A stretch of 46,636 nucleotides of DNA, filler included, from Dirinaria sp. TL-2023a (Eukaryota), in assembly GCA_051941275.1 (NCBI GenBank). It is 2 parts of 2 records of this genome, joined end to end, with 100 filler letters (N's around TTAATTAATTAA, not from the genome) between each part and the next. Parts side by side here need not be neighbours in the genome. Positions count along the whole stretch, not along the records: positions 1 to 23,311 come from JAVEBF010000207.1; 1 more part is not named here. One strand, 5' to 3'. Under the pieces are notes generated by a model. The model saw nothing but the letters and a program-made list of their open reading frames with translations. It was not told the origin of the DNA and did not search any database. This document shows positions 1-13,480 of this stretch, one piece after another. How positions within the stretch are numbered: position 1 is the first letter of the stretch; every line of letters begins with the position of its first letter. The position numbers and the translations under genes were made by a program.

Positions 1-864
1 ATAGATCAGTCAATTCGTCATCTCAAGGTAAAAGGTCCTCACTTGACATCGTCACTAACAATGCAGTCACACCTGAAACATCTCACTTGGCGCCTCGCGT
101 GCTGCCACCCTCGATACCCGGGTAAGTCTGCAGTCCGCAATGCAGCGTATCAATCCTTTGGCACGACTTCGGCGCACCACCACCATCTCTTCAAGGCTTC
201 AAGTGACAATAGCAGGCTCAAAAACTCAGAGAATAGCAAAAGCCCAGGCCGCCCCTGGTTTTACAAGGAAGCGTCCTTACCAAACCCGTCCTGACATACT
301 GTACCCTGTAATATAAGGGTAGATGCACGAGGGGTTTTTGGGCATTCTCGACAGGGGTAGCGTGTTTACTTTGCGCCGTGAACCCCGCTTGGTACTTGTG
401 CATATTTGGACTGAAATCTATTTCAATGATTCAATGATGATCTCAGTCAGCACACCTTTCTTAGTCCCTACGACCAAGTTGCTTCGCATCATCCCATGCG
501 TTTGCCCTTGCAAGATTTTCACTGAATTTCACATACGCACCATGATCAAAACCAAGCACAACAGTTATTCAATTGTAACCATTTTGATCGCACACGGCCA
601 CAGCGCTATTTCCTCTTGTAGACGATGCGAACCCTTACCTTTGTATCGCTATCATTAAATTTACAAGAAGATGACGGGATGAAATATTCTACATGCTAAA
701 ATGCCATGGTTTAGCCTGGTAGACTGCAGCGAGCCCTAGTAGAACCCTTGAAATCTTTCGCCAGAGAGGTAAGCCTCAATTACAGATAAGGTCTCTACTT
801 ACTGTGCCTACCACATGCCAACCCCTACAATCATGATCCCTTACTGTTGCGCTTGATTACCTCA

Positions 865-2021
865 ATGTTCTCGCCTCCACCACCCGGTCGCTTTACTCGT
901 ACCAAGCCGCGATCCCGCTCTTTCCTTCAACGGCGTGCCCGCTACATCTACCTCGCGGTCTCCCTAATCATACTTTATATATGGTTCTCTCGCCCATCTA
1001 GCTTGCGCCGCCCACCCGTCCATGCACCTTCCCTCAATTACAAGTCGGTGGACTGGAGCCACTATGCATATAGCAGCTATGCTACCTCGTCCGCCTACCT
1101 GTGCAATTCGGTCATGATGTTTGAGGCGCTGGACCGCCTGGGAAGCAAGGCAGACCGGATACTTTTTTATTCGGAGGAGTGGGATTTGGACGTGGCAGAT
1201 CAGGTGGACCGAGACAGCCAATTACTCGTCAAAGCAAGAGACGACTACAATGTCAAGCTCATACCGGTCCAATTCGAGAAGCAAGGCGATAAGACATGGG
1301 ATGCTAGTTTCGGCAAATTTCTGGCCTGGCAGCAAACGCAGTACGATCGCATCATACATATTGACTCGGATACAACTCTGAGAAAGCACCTCGATGAGCT
1401 ATTTCTATTGCCTGGCGCATCAGTGGCTATGACAAGGGCTTACTGGGCGCTGCCCGAGAAAAAGGCTTTGACGTCCTTGTTCGTGGTGCTTGAGCCATCC
1501 TATAAAGAATTTAAGCGCCTTTTAGATGCTGGACAAGCAGCGAGGAAAGAGGGCAGGGAGTTTGATATGGACATTTTGAATAATTTCTATGAAAACACCG
1601 CGATAGTGCTGCCTCACCAGAAGTACGGACTGATCTCGGGCGAATTTCGATCCGAAGACCACAAGTACTTTTTGGGCCATCCAGACCGAGAGTGGGATCC
1701 GCAGCGGGTCTTTGACGAAGTGAGCTTGGTACACTTCTCGGATTGGCCGATTCCAAAACCTTGGGTTATGTGGCCCCGGAACGTACTCAATGAAAAGCAA
1801 CCAAAATGTAAGAATACGGAAGGAATGAAAGGGGATTGCAAAGATAGGAAAATCTGGCTGTCGTTATATGATGATTTCAGACATAGGAGAAAGGTTAGTC
1901 CCAAGGTTCCTCAACGACTGGAGGCTGCTGTAACTGACATTTCTAGGATATCTGTGCCCTTCTCTCTGAGCCATCGCCAGACTTTGTCCCATTACCGAAC
2001 GAGAATGGAACAGTAACTTAA
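865..2021 (+). CDS. Glycosyltransferase family 8, GNT1-like (glucose N-acetyltransferase-like) type II membrane protein; 2 exons
   Basis: N-terminal TM (YIYLAVSLIILYIWF), YAT..YLCNSVM, KFLAWQQTQYDRIIHIDSD (DxD), VHFSDWPIPKPW. Intron 1894-1946 (GTTAGT...CTGAC...TAG) restores the C-terminus RRKDICALLSEP...VT*. Confidence 0.85.
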
Positions 2022-3082
2022 AGCCGCTGGCTACATTGAATATTGTATGGAAAGCGTACTCCTTAAAACATTTTGCATTTAAATAAAGAGTAGACTCTCT
2101 GCACGATGGTTCTAGACAGCTATGGTGATCACACCATGCCATTACCTGAGGAGGGCTCCCATTTTCTATGCACGGCTTTTATTCCAACTGACGAAAGTTG
2201 ACGCTTTGGACACGATTTGGATGCGTTCATTATTCTCCAGAGCGCCTCTCCAACTTCTACATCGCTCAGAAACCCAGAGAAGATAAGCTATTGATAGCTT
2301 TCGCCAACATTAGGAAAGGACCGCTCCAAATCGTAGTCACAATCTGAAGCAAAATCGAATGGTAAGGCGCCTTCTAATCGAAAGGAGACATACACGTGGG
2401 CGAGCTAAGCCAGTATCCTCAGAACTGTGTACAATAGCAACGCCGATCTGCAGGTCACTAATTGAGTCCATCGCACAGCCGTTTTGATTCACCTGTTACC
2501 TAAGAAGGTACAATTTACAGGGTGTCGAAGCTGCCAGAAGCAGCACGTACATTGAAGCGTTCTACAGCTAGTGAACCTGCATGGAATATGTTAGGACCGA
2601 AATGCTTGACGGCCCCAAGGTCGGTAATGACTATGCAAGCTCCTGTTCGAGCTGTTGGCTCAGGAACTTGGACACTGATTAAGTGCTCAAAGAGTACCTG
2701 TGGAGGAGCCGCGCTGAAAGAAAGGATGACTGGGTGATGTTGAGATAGCCTTTGCAACCGGACCGAAGCGCCGAATGGACTGTGCATGGAGTTAGCTAGG
2801 TACATGTACCTTAAGATCTTACATGTAGCCAAATTCTAGCCTTGGGCATTCATTGAGCACCTTGTGATACTGCGGGGCGACTTCGGGACGCTGAAGCTTT
2901 CAAGGGGCTGAGAATTAGGTCTGCTGTATGGGTAGTATCTTCGGGACACAGATAGTGATTCAGGTAGAAAATATCGATACTTGAAGATCGGCGCTCGAGA
3001 CTTTTGACACCTGATGCTATTTACGTCACTTTCCTGGGCCCGGCGATTACTTAGGTATACCCGAATCCCACAATTTCACGTA

Positions 3083-3983
3083 TTAATTTTTTAAATCCTT
3101 GACCGGCGCATTGCCGTCCGACGCCCCACTACCGTATTTCTTGACAGCGTTCTTACCCGCTCCTTTATCGGCCTCGAATTGTGCCACTTCGGGACTATCC
3201 ATGTGCTTCATGACTGTATCCGCCTGCCACTTCTTGAAGCTGAAGCCTAGTCCCTCGTGGGAGTAGTCCTTGTCGTTAGCCTGATCTTTGTGATATTTGA
3301 GCTGGATGAATTCGCTGTCGGTGGTAGAAGGGTCGAGGGATAGAGAGACGAGGGCGTTGATGGTGGCGGTTTTGGGGATGACTTTGAACGTCCAGCTCTA
3401 TATATACCCAATGTTAATATTCAATCCAAATTGGCTCGTAAATCGGTCAAAGCCAAGAGGTAAGGAAACAGTCAAAAGACAGACATACCTGCTCGTTGCG
3501 GAATTGGATCAAGCCAGGTTCATTGACCACAACCTCGTACCCTTCGTTTTTGCTCTCGTTGAACAGTTTCGGCAGTGCGAACCACTGCCCCGCCATCTTG
3601 TACCTGTCATTGGCGTACACGAACTGATCGTCATAGACGCAGTCGGCCGTGTACCGCTTCACACGCTCGACGGTCGGCTGGCAGCTGTAGAGAGCGATGA
3701 TGTCATCTACAAGGCGCTGGCGGGCGGGTGAAAGCTTGATCGACTTTGACGGGTCGGGCGTGTAGTCTTCCGAGGGAGCGGTTTGGCGGGGCTCATATTG
3801 CTCGCCGGGAGCTTTCGGGTCCATGGTGCCTGCGGCGATTGGGTCCGACATGTTGGGTCTCGTGGCGGTGAAGGTCCTGCGTGAGGATTCTTGGATGCGG
3901 GTATTTGCTTGCAAACGGGAATTGAGGGTTTTGGTTGCTGGTGCAAAGGTTCTGAGTGTGAGGCGGAAGCAGGAAGAGACCAT
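3083..3983 (-). CDS. Conserved fungal hypothetical protein, probably SnoaL/NTF2-like fold; 2 exons; possible mitochondrial presequence (or start at M 3851)
   Basis: Exon 1 has LYSCQPTVERVKRYTADCVYDDQFVYANDRYKMAGQWFALPKLF. After an intron (about 3399-3489), exon 2 reads SWTFKVIPKTATINALVSL...YHKDQANDKDYSHEGLGFSFKKWQAD to TAA at 3083. Confidence 0.65.
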
Positions 3984-4574
3984 GAGATGGAATGGCACAA
4001 GAGAGAGATAGAAATTTCGAGGACGTAGAATGGGGAATAGTGGAGAATATAAGGTCTGAAGGAAAAGGGGTGGATTGGGCTAGGCTGCAGCAATTGACTG
4101 GACTGGTGAGAAGGGGCGAATGGTCTTAAGGAAAGGTATGAATGACGATGGATGACGTACTGGATCTTCATCGTCGAGACCGAGACGGACTATTGATCCG
4201 ATGAGCTCAAGCGATTGGAAATCTAGGAACTTAATATTATTCATCTTCCTTTAAGAGAATTCTTCCTTTACTTCAGTTAGTAGTCATGACACGTCGGATG
4301 CAGAAGCTGAAAGAGATGCCACAGCTTGTCATTGCAACTGCGATAAACCCAAGACTTATCATTGATTCGGCTGTGGCTAGCGAGCAGGCATCTGGACAAT
4401 GATCAGTCGCCGAGGCTCGCACATTTGGCGGAGCATACATACAGTATGTGTACGCAAGTAGTGGATTTCTCGCGTTTGTAGACTTAATTTTCAATAGCCA
4501 CATAAGGTGTTATTATATCAATTCTAGTTTAAATGTGTTGATAATGTAAAATAAGGAAAATTAATTTCTCAAGT

Positions 4575-4653
4575 GCCCGCTTAGCTCAGTGGTAGAGCGT
4601 TGCACTTGTATTTCGCAATGCAAAGGCCGGTTGTTCAAGTCAGCCAGTGGGCA
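4575..4653 (+). tRNA. tRNA-Thr(TGT) with a 7-nt intron (4611-4617)
   Basis: Acceptor stem GCCCGCT/AGTGGGC, D arm GCTC-AGTGGTA-GAGC, anticodon stem TTGCA/TGCAA with CT-TGT-A, T arm GGTTG-TTCAAGT-CAGCC. Removing TTTCGCA gives a 72-nt cloverleaf. A T-run follows at about 4678. Confidence 0.92.
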
Positions 4654-4907
4654 ATCAAACCGACATTCAAATTTCTCTTTTTGAATTTCGGGGGTTATTA
4701 TTATTACATCACCGCAAATGCTTCTATTTGATTCAGCAAATGCTTCAAAGTAATGAAAGGCAGTAGCTAGTAGTTCACTTTAATGCATTTTGCCAAGACA
4801 GATTTTTTGAAGACTTTGTCAAGGAATAGTTGGGGGAGCCTATTGAATTTGCATCTACATCATGCTTCGCGCAATGGAATCTATACACATGTTGTTTCAA
4901 TAAAGTT

Positions 4908-6519
4908 CTAAGAAGTACTTGAGTCTTTCATTGTCGCCTCATATCTGTTCAACAGTCAGTGAGTGCCAAGAAATCGTACTCGCTGTTACGACGTACCTCT
5001 TTCCTCGAAATGCCCAGATCCCCCAATTGCCGCAGCTAATATCCGAAGGATCGAGATCATTGAGATCCCAACGTAGACTCCGGAAGAGGTTTTCCCCAGG
5101 CTCCATCAGTATGTCCATTTCGCCTCCAACTTGGTCATTCACCCATTTGATGTCACGCTCCATGTCCCATTCCGTATAGCCGGTGCAGAAGATCGGAACT
5201 TTCGTCTCCAACAGCAGAGGTAATGTCTGTTCCCACTCATGCGAACTAGCTGGATGCCCTAGACCCGGGTGGAAAAGAAAGAAACAGTCGAGATATGGAT
5301 CGTACGGGTAGAACTCCTGTGCTTGGTGTAACGTATGAAAATATTCTATATACGTGGTGATTTTCATCTCGGGACTTATTCTGTCTTCCACAACAGCTCC
5401 GAACGGATTTCGTGATGTTCGCTCTGGCAATGGAAACTCGCTATCTCGATTTGTCATGCTCTCAGGGCCGATAAAGATCAGATGAAAAATACCGCGATGG
5501 AACAGGTACGTAAGCTGGATCCATACATCACGAGGTAGAGAGGATTCCGCTCTGGCACCAAGTATGAAGATACGGACTGGCGGTGCTCGAACCCGTAGAC
5601 CTTTGACGTCTATGCCTTCGCCACTCCTTGGAGGATGTAATGTGTAGCGAAGAGCTGCCTCTTATTAGCTTTGACCAGATTCCCCCGGGACCACACGCTC
5701 ACCACTCAAACTTCTTAGCCCTTCTACCGTAAGTCTCCCACCGCGTCGGATGTTGTATGGACTTAGCTCATGTAGAATGCTTGTGATCGTTACCGGGTAC
5801 GTCAGCAGCCGGGTAGCTTGGCGCATACTCCGCGCTTCATTTATTGCGTTGTAGTCCCTCGTATAAAGGTATGTATCCCAATTAGTCATGTTGGGTAAAA
5901 ATTCCTCGACCCGTGGCGGAGGATATTCAAATTCGGGAAACTCTCGTCCTGACCGCAAGTCGTGGTCATCCTCGTTAGCCTGTCTCAAAGTGTCACAAAT
6001 CTCCATGTGCGCCTCGTAGTCGTCTGCCCAGTGATGCTCTGAGCAATAGACAGGTAAGCCGCAATCCGGACATTCGAAATCGACATGTGCCGGAGGAGCG
6101 CTTGACTTGTCTCTGCTTTTTCTAGCTTCAAGATCGTAAGGTCCTGTTGACATGCGAGATTGCTGGTGATCAGGATGGGGACAATAAGCGTGGCTCTTCA
6201 TAAAAGCTGCCCTTCTACGGATTTCTGGTATAGGCGACTCGGAGAAGGGGTGGAAAAGATTGTCTCTTTGCAGGAGACGACGTTCGGGGAGTGGTGACGG
6301 ATGCGTGGATTGGTTGCGTCTTTGTGAAGTAGTCCGGGTTTTAATGGGCTGAAGGATTGTTTGCGAGGCTGCTGTATGCACTCTGAGACTCCGTATACTG
6401 GGCTTTGTTGTTGTCGAATTCGAGGAGCTCGATTTTGCAATTGTAGACGTCCATCTTCGCGTTGTTGACTTCCATTCTAGAATTCTAAGACATCGATGGC
6501 ACGTGAAGCTCGGCCGCAT
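4908..6519 (-). CDS. MSS51: Mitochondrial COX1 translational activator/assembly factor Mss51; 3 exons
   Basis: N-terminal basic presequence, NLFHPFSESPIPEIRRRAAFMKSHAYCP, CPDCGLPVYCSEHHW zinc finger, NEDDHDLRSGR, IFILGARAESSLPRDVW, FHPGLGHPASSHEW. Introns at about 5657-5702 and 4944-4996. Confidence 0.93.
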
Positions 6520-6883
6520 TTCACTCGTGTCGTATGCGAGCAGGAGCGACTATCTAGCTTAGTATCCCTTTGATATATGTGTGTAGTACTCTCTACCTAA
6601 CTTCATGTAAAATGATGAAGATATCCATTGAGCTTGCACCGCCAGCCAATCACAGCAGAGCTTGGCATTTAATTCTTCACGAATCCCGCGCAACATTTTC
6701 CATAACATTTTTCGCAACCGAAGCTCTACCTCGTCTCCTTTATTCGAGTATGGATCATTGTACTTTGAGAGGTAGCGAATGCTCCGAAGATATCATATTA
6801 CCTTGAGCTCAAGTGTGTGCGCACGCAGGGTTCGGCACTTTCGGTCTGCGACTGGGTGACCTACCTGTTTTCGGAACTCCATA

Positions 6884-9800
6884 ATGGCGACCACTTCGAG
6901 CATGTTCATGTACAGCCTGACTATTCAACCTCCAACGGCTATTACACAGGCGATACTGGGTCAATTCGCCGGTACCAAAGAACAACAGATCGTGACCGCT
7001 TCAGGGTCACGGCTCACAATACATCGGCCCGATCCAACCCAGGGTAAAATCAGCACAATTCTTTCTCAAGATGTTTTTGGCATAATCCGGACGCTGGCCG
7101 CTTTTAGATTGGCAGGCAGCAGCAAAGGTATGTACTCATCCTATGGCTCTTCGAGGCTATTTAGTGATTCTTGAAGGATGGCCATGCGCGGCTTGAGAGA
7201 TTCTATAGCGCCCTGGCAAGCACTGCGGACTTCTCCAGACACGCTCAAGGACAATTACGCTAAGCATTGGATAACAGATTATATCATAATCGGCTCGGAC
7301 TCTGGCCGCATCACTATAATCGAATATCTAGCGGCACAACATCGGTTTAGTCGCCTGCACCTCGAGACTTTCGGCAAGTCAGGTATAAGACGGGTGATAC
7401 CAGGCCAGTACCTCGCTGTGGACCCCAAGGGTAGAGCATGCCTCATTGCATCGGTCGAGAAAAACAAGCTTGTCTATGTTCTGAACCGGAATGCGCAGGC
7501 TGAATTGACGATATCTTCTCCACTCGAGGCACACAAACCACAGACCTTGGTCTTCGCCCTAGTCGGACTGGATGTTGGTTATGAGAATCCGGTTTTCGCA
7601 GCTCTAGAAGTTGACTACACGGAATGCGATCAGGATCCGACAGGACAAGCTTTTGAAGAGGTGGAGAAATCTCTGGTCTATTATGAGCTTGATCTAGGTC
7701 TGAACCATGTGGTCCGCAAATGGAGCGACCCGGTCGATCGCTCAGCGACTTTGCTCCTACAAGTTCCAGGCGGAACGGACGGCCCTAGTGGAGTTCTCGT
7801 TTGCGCGTTGGATAACATCACCTACCGGCACTCGAACCAAGATGCATTCCGTGTTGCCATACCACGCCGAAGAGGGGCTGCCGAGAATCCCGAGCGCAAG
7901 CGATCTATCGTTGCAGGTGTTATGCACAAAATGAGGGCTGCGTTTTTCTTTCTGTTGCAAAGCGAAGATGGTGACCTCTTTAAAGTCACCATAGACATGG
8001 TCGAAGATGACAATGGCCAACCAACAGGGGAAGTGATGCGACTCAAGATAAAGTATTTTGACACAGTACCAGTAGCTTCAAGTCTGTGCATATTGAAAAG
8101 TGGTTTCCTTTTTGTGGCCAGTGAGAACGGAAACCATCATTTCTATCAGTTCGAGAAACTAGGGGATGACGACAATGAAACAGAATTTTCAAGCGACTCA
8201 TTTTCCGCCGACCCAACGGAGCCGTACACGCCTGTCTATTTCTACCCTCGAGGTGCAGAGAATGTTAATTTAGTGGAAAGCATCGATTCCATGAGTCCAC
8301 AATTGGATTGTAAGATTGCCAACCTTACCGATGAGGACGCGCCGCAAATCTACTCACTGTGTGGCACTGGGGCGCGAAGTACTTTTAGAACTTTGAAGCA
8401 TGGCTTGGAGGTGAATGAAATTGTCGACTCTGAGTTGCCTGGTGATCCTTCAGCAGTCTGGACGACGAAAATCACTCGAGAGGATGAATATGATGCATAT
8501 ATTGTGCTCTCTTTCACCAATGGGACACTAGTACTAAGTATTGGTGAGACTGTGGAAGAGGTCACTGACACGGGTTTTCTTTCATCTGCTCCTACTTTAG
8601 CAGTGCAGCAATTGGGCGAGGATGCTCTCATACAGGTCCATCCTAAAGGTATACGGCATATCAGAGCGGACAGGAGGGTCAACGAATGGCCGGCCCCTCA
8701 ACATCGCTCTATTGTTGCAGCTACAACGAACGAGCGACAAGTAGCGGTAGCGCTCAGCTCAGGCGAGATCGTCTACTTCGAGATGGACACCGATGGCTCG
8801 CTTGCTGAGTATGATGAGAAACGGGAAATGAGTGGTGGTGTGACCTGCCTTAGTCTAGGTGAAGTACCTGAAGGTCGAGTGCGGAGCCAATACTTAGCTG
8901 TCGGCTGCGATGATTCGACCGTTAGGATATTGAGCCTAGATCCCGATTCGACCCTTGAGAACAAATCTGTCCAAGCACTAACCTCTGCACCTAGCGCCTT
9001 GTCGATAATGGCGATGGCTGACTCAACATCTGGTGGATTGACTTTATATCTGCACATCGGTCTGTATTCAGGTGTCTACCTACGAACCGTTCTGGACGAG
9101 GTGACCGGCGAACTCTCCGACACTCGGACTCGTTTTCTCGGACCACGTCCTGCAAAACTCTTCAAGGTATCTGTTAAGGGACAAACCGCAGTACTTGCTC
9201 TAAGCTCCAGGCCGTGGCTTGGATACTCAGATCCCCAATCTAAGAGTTTCACCTTAACTCCGCTGGACTGTCCTACCCTCGCTTGGGGTTCAAACTTCAG
9301 TAGTGAACAATGCCCCGAGGGTATGGTAGGCATTGAAAACAAGAATCTTCGGTTAGTGTGAATCTGTTCTCACTCAGTACTGCTGCATGATGATGTGTAT
9401 CATTTCCTACAGTTTGCAAACGATGCGGACCGAATTTGTAATTCCAATTGTTCCTACTGAGCAGTGACACTAACTTCGGAAACGACAACCGCGAGATATT
9501 GCGTTTTGCTGACGATAAAGAATAGGATATTCTCCATTGAGAACCTTGGCAACAACCTTCTACAACAGTCAATACCCCTTACCTACACTCCTCGGAAATT
9601 CGTCCGTCATCCCGAACAGCCCTATTTCTACGTCATTGAGGCCGAAAACAATACGCTATCGCAATCAACCAGACTTCGATTGCTGAACGACACCACTGTC
9701 GTCAACGGAGATAGCGTCGCTCTCCCACCCGAAGAGTTTGGTTATCCTAAAGCACAGGGCCACTGGGCCTCGTGTATCCAAATTGTCGATCCCATCAACA

Positions 9801-10946
9801 CCAAATCCGTGCTCCAGCAAGTGGAATTCGAGGATAATGAAGCCGCTGTCAGCATTGCAGCAGTATCCTTTGCCAGCCAAGACGATGAAATATTTCTGAT
9901 AGTGGGCACTGGTAAGGATATAATCGTCAGCCCTCGCTCTTTCAGCAATGCGTTCATTTACGTCTATCGATTCCTCGAAGATGGCAAAGAGCTAGAGTTT
10001 ATCCACAAAACTAAGGTAGAAGAGCCCCCGCTTGCTCTTCTCGGCTTTCAAGGACGATTGCTGGCTGGGGTTGGGAATGATCTTCGGATATATGATCTTG
10101 GACTAAAGCAGCTTCTTCGCAAATGCCAAGCACAAGTCGTGCCCAATTTGGTTGTCGGCCTTCAAACGCAAGGTTCCCGTATCATTGTAAGCGATGTTCA
10201 AGAGAGCGTGGTCTATGTTGTGTATAAGCATCAAGAAAATCGCCTGATCCCGTTTGTAGACGACGTTGTCGCTCGCTGGACAACGTGCTCGACAATGGTA
10301 GACTACGAGACCGTAGCTGGAGGTGACAAGTTTGGAAATATCTGGCTTTTGCGCTGCTCACCCAAGGCCTCTGACGAAGCAGACGAAGAAGGCTCAGGAG
10401 CACATCTTATTCATGAGCGCCAATATCTTCAAGGCGCACCCAACCGATTAAGCCTGTTGGCACACTTCTTCCCTCAAGACATCCCAACGAGCGTTCAGAA
10501 GACATCACTTGTCGCTGGTGGGCGGGATATCCTCGTTTGGACGGGTTTCCAGGGGACACTGGGCATAATGGTGCCATTTGTGAGCAGGGAAGACGTCGAC
10601 TTTTTCCAGCTACTGGAGCAGCATATGAGAACCGAAGACGCGCCGTTAGCAGGTAGGGATCACCTGATTTATCGGAGTTATTATGTACCAGTCAAAGGGA
10701 CTATCGATGGAGATTGTGAGCTTCCCTAGGCGCCAAATCAGATAGGCTGAACTTCACTAATGTACGATAGTGTGTGAGAGATATGCATTGCTACCGATGG
10801 ATAAAAAGCAAATGATAGCGGCGGAGCTGGATGGCAGGTCTGTCAGGGAAATTGAGCGGAAGATATCAGTGAGTAATTACGCTTCCAGCTATCGCGTGCC
10901 TCTTACTGATACTTCATAGGATATGCGGACAAGGGTGGCATACTGA
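6884..10946 (+). CDS. RSE1: Pre-mRNA splicing factor Rse1 (SF3B3/SAP130); 5 exons
   Basis: [77 protein letters not shown], ending DMRTRVAY*. The ORF pieces 6884, 7178 and 9464 are joined by GT-AG introns. Confidence 0.97.
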
Positions 10947-11633
10947 TGAGAAGCCAAAGTTATGGCAGCTGTACAAAGACAGTGTTTTCGACTGCAAAAT
11001 CCTTAAAACCAGGTCCATCGTGCTTTATGTGCCATGAACTGTCTGACCGAAAATTGCCCGTCGTCTGTCTGGATGATGTTGCTAAGTCTCTAGCCTCGCT
11101 CGATCTCTCTCCCTCCATAGCTAGATCTTGAGCTGGATACGTTCATTTTAACGAACATATGAGACCAGATCGAAATGCCTGCGATAATTGAGTACAGGAT
11201 CACATATCCGATGCTGGTCACTGTAATATACATGCTGGGACACCCCGAAGTTTCTAATTCATACCTATCACCTAGTAATACTTCACGCATGTAGCTTTTT
11301 CTCGCTCAAAGCAATACCTGATTAATATGTGTCACTTGATAGATGCATTTGCTCAAACGAATGGTAATTTGGACGAATTCAAATGCAGTATGTATTCACA
11401 AAGCATTCTTGAACAGTGGGGGCAACATATGACAGTACATACAAGATCGATTTTTCTACCTGATTTCGGTGCAAGCCTTCAAGGGCTCCGTTAGGGTTCA
11501 ACTCAACCACTTGGGGTAAGGTACGATACATGAAGTAAGGTAGGTAGTAGATACCACAGATACATTGAATGTCCTGTCCATTGTTCTGCTAACGCTTCCA
11601 GCGAGGCTGTAATATCGGAAATCTGGATTCATA

Positions 11634-12834
11634 ATGAGCGTCGTTGTTCCTTCACCATTTTTTTGTTCTGGGCGAAGAGTTACTTTGTCTACGCAATGCT
11701 GCACATCTTTGCTGAGTAGACATCTCCGTACCAGTCGACGCATAGCAGCAAACCCACTTCCTATAACCACAGCTGGTCCTCCACCCTCAGCTCCTGTACC
11801 AGCAGCTTCTCAGTACGGGGAACGCCTCGATCGTAGACGCCGGCAGGCCGAAATGCTGCGGCAAGGGCTAGAGTTTCGCGCTGGCAAGGGAAACCCTGGC
11901 AATGCTATGAAAAAGCGATTTTGGAAGGATGTGACTGTGCGGACCAGTCGTGGTAGGATTCTTAATATCGAATATAGCATTACTGCTGCTTTGCTGACGT
12001 TATCATTGAGTAGATGGAAACTATGCTATATATCTCGATGTCCGTCCTGTTCGTAATCCGTCAAATAAAAGCTTGCTGTCTATACCATCATCGAAACCGC
12101 ATCTTGCTTCTGCCATAGCGTTGGAATGGGACCTCTTGGACTCTGCACAGCAAGCTCTTCGCTCTCACCTAATTCCCCTCACATCAATAGCCTCCCGCGC
12201 TCACGACATCTCACTCCAGGATGTCACTGCTGAGGGCCAAATATCGAAGACCCGGCTTGACTTAGTTGACAATCTACTGCGCTACCTTGACACTGATACT
12301 CTACTATGCTGGGCTCCCGAGCCAGCGAAAGAAGATGAAGAAGAGGTCATACAGCCTACGCTGAAGGAGCTACAGATCAGGACGGCTCAGCCAATCATCG
12401 CATATCTGACAAGGAACATCTGGCCGGGGGTGGAACTCAAGCCCACATTTGAATCAGAATCCATATTACCAACGGCCCAGCCTGCCACCACCCAGGCTGT
12501 CATCAAAGGGTGGGTAGCAGGCCTCCCTGCCTGGGAACTTGCGGGGTTGGAAAGGGCAGTTTTGGCGGGCAAGAGCCTTTGTGTAGCCGCCAGACTGGTC
12601 TGTGAATGGAGTGAGGAGTTTGCGCATTTGCGAGCGACCAGTGAGCAGCATAGATTTGGCATTGAGCAGGCCGCTGAAGCCTGCAGCCTCGAAGTCCGAT
12701 GGCAGACAGGTCGGTGGGGTGAGGTAGAAGATACTCACGACGTCGATCGTGAAGATTTGAGAAGGCAATTTGGGAGCACGATACTGGTGGTGAGTGGTAC
12801 GGGAAGGATTAATCGGTCACATGTCGCAAATTGA
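11634..12834 (+). CDS. ATP12: Mitochondrial F1-ATPase assembly chaperone Atp12; 2 exons
   Basis: KKRFWKDVTV, LDVRPVRNP, LASAIALEWD, HLIPLTSIASRA, RYLDTDTLLCWAP, LERAVLAGKSL, WGEVEDTHDVDREDLRRQFGS. Intron at about 11953-12013. Confidence 0.93.
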
Positions 12835-13480
12835 AAGCGATCTTTCTATGCCCGTTCCATGTCGCGGACTGCATAAGAGTGTTGGATATTGTTCCACTTT
12901 CGATGGTCAATCTCTGTTCAAGGAGTTTCAATCCTCCAAATATACAAAGCAGTCTGCCTGGCTCGAGCCTCGACAACCCGCACCTAGCTTTCCTCGCCAC
13001 GGATCACTATCGTTCTGATGAGTCCAAAATTCAGAACCGTGAAGCAATGCCAAGGGAATCGCAGAAATTTCGCAAAGTATGACAGCGGGTACTTTAAGGT
13101 AAAGTAGAGAGGTTCATTCCGAGTCGCCTCGCCAAGCCTCAAAATATTTCACGAAGTGTCAATGTGCATCATCCAGCTGCGTAGCTACGAAATCCGGTCA
13201 CACTGTGTAAAGATCTCAGCTCGATGTGAACGAGAAATCAGAATCGGATGAGAAGGGGCGTGGTATTGATTTTGTTGACTGAAATACCGCAAAGCTACTG
13301 AGCATGTTTCCTAGAGCGCCTAACCGCAGTATGTTAGCTATGGATGGCCTCAGCTCTGTCAGTAGGAGAATATGGTGTGCCTAGATTTTCGGCTTCACTG
13401 TCATCCCGTCACTGCGATCTAGGACCCTATGTTGATGAAATTCCAAAGAAGAGGCTGTTCAGACCACAGGTATTAAAGTA

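Noticed and set aside
1..300. Possible 3' exons of a gene entering from the left (CTAAC...CAG at about 55-66, GTAAGT at 122)
   Set aside because: Splice-like signals are present but there is no recognisable protein and the frame cannot be fixed.
2200..3000. Minus-strand ORF 2515-2832 with an intron-like GTAAGA...GCTAAC...CAG segment
   Set aside because: No coherent gene model or recognisable domain.
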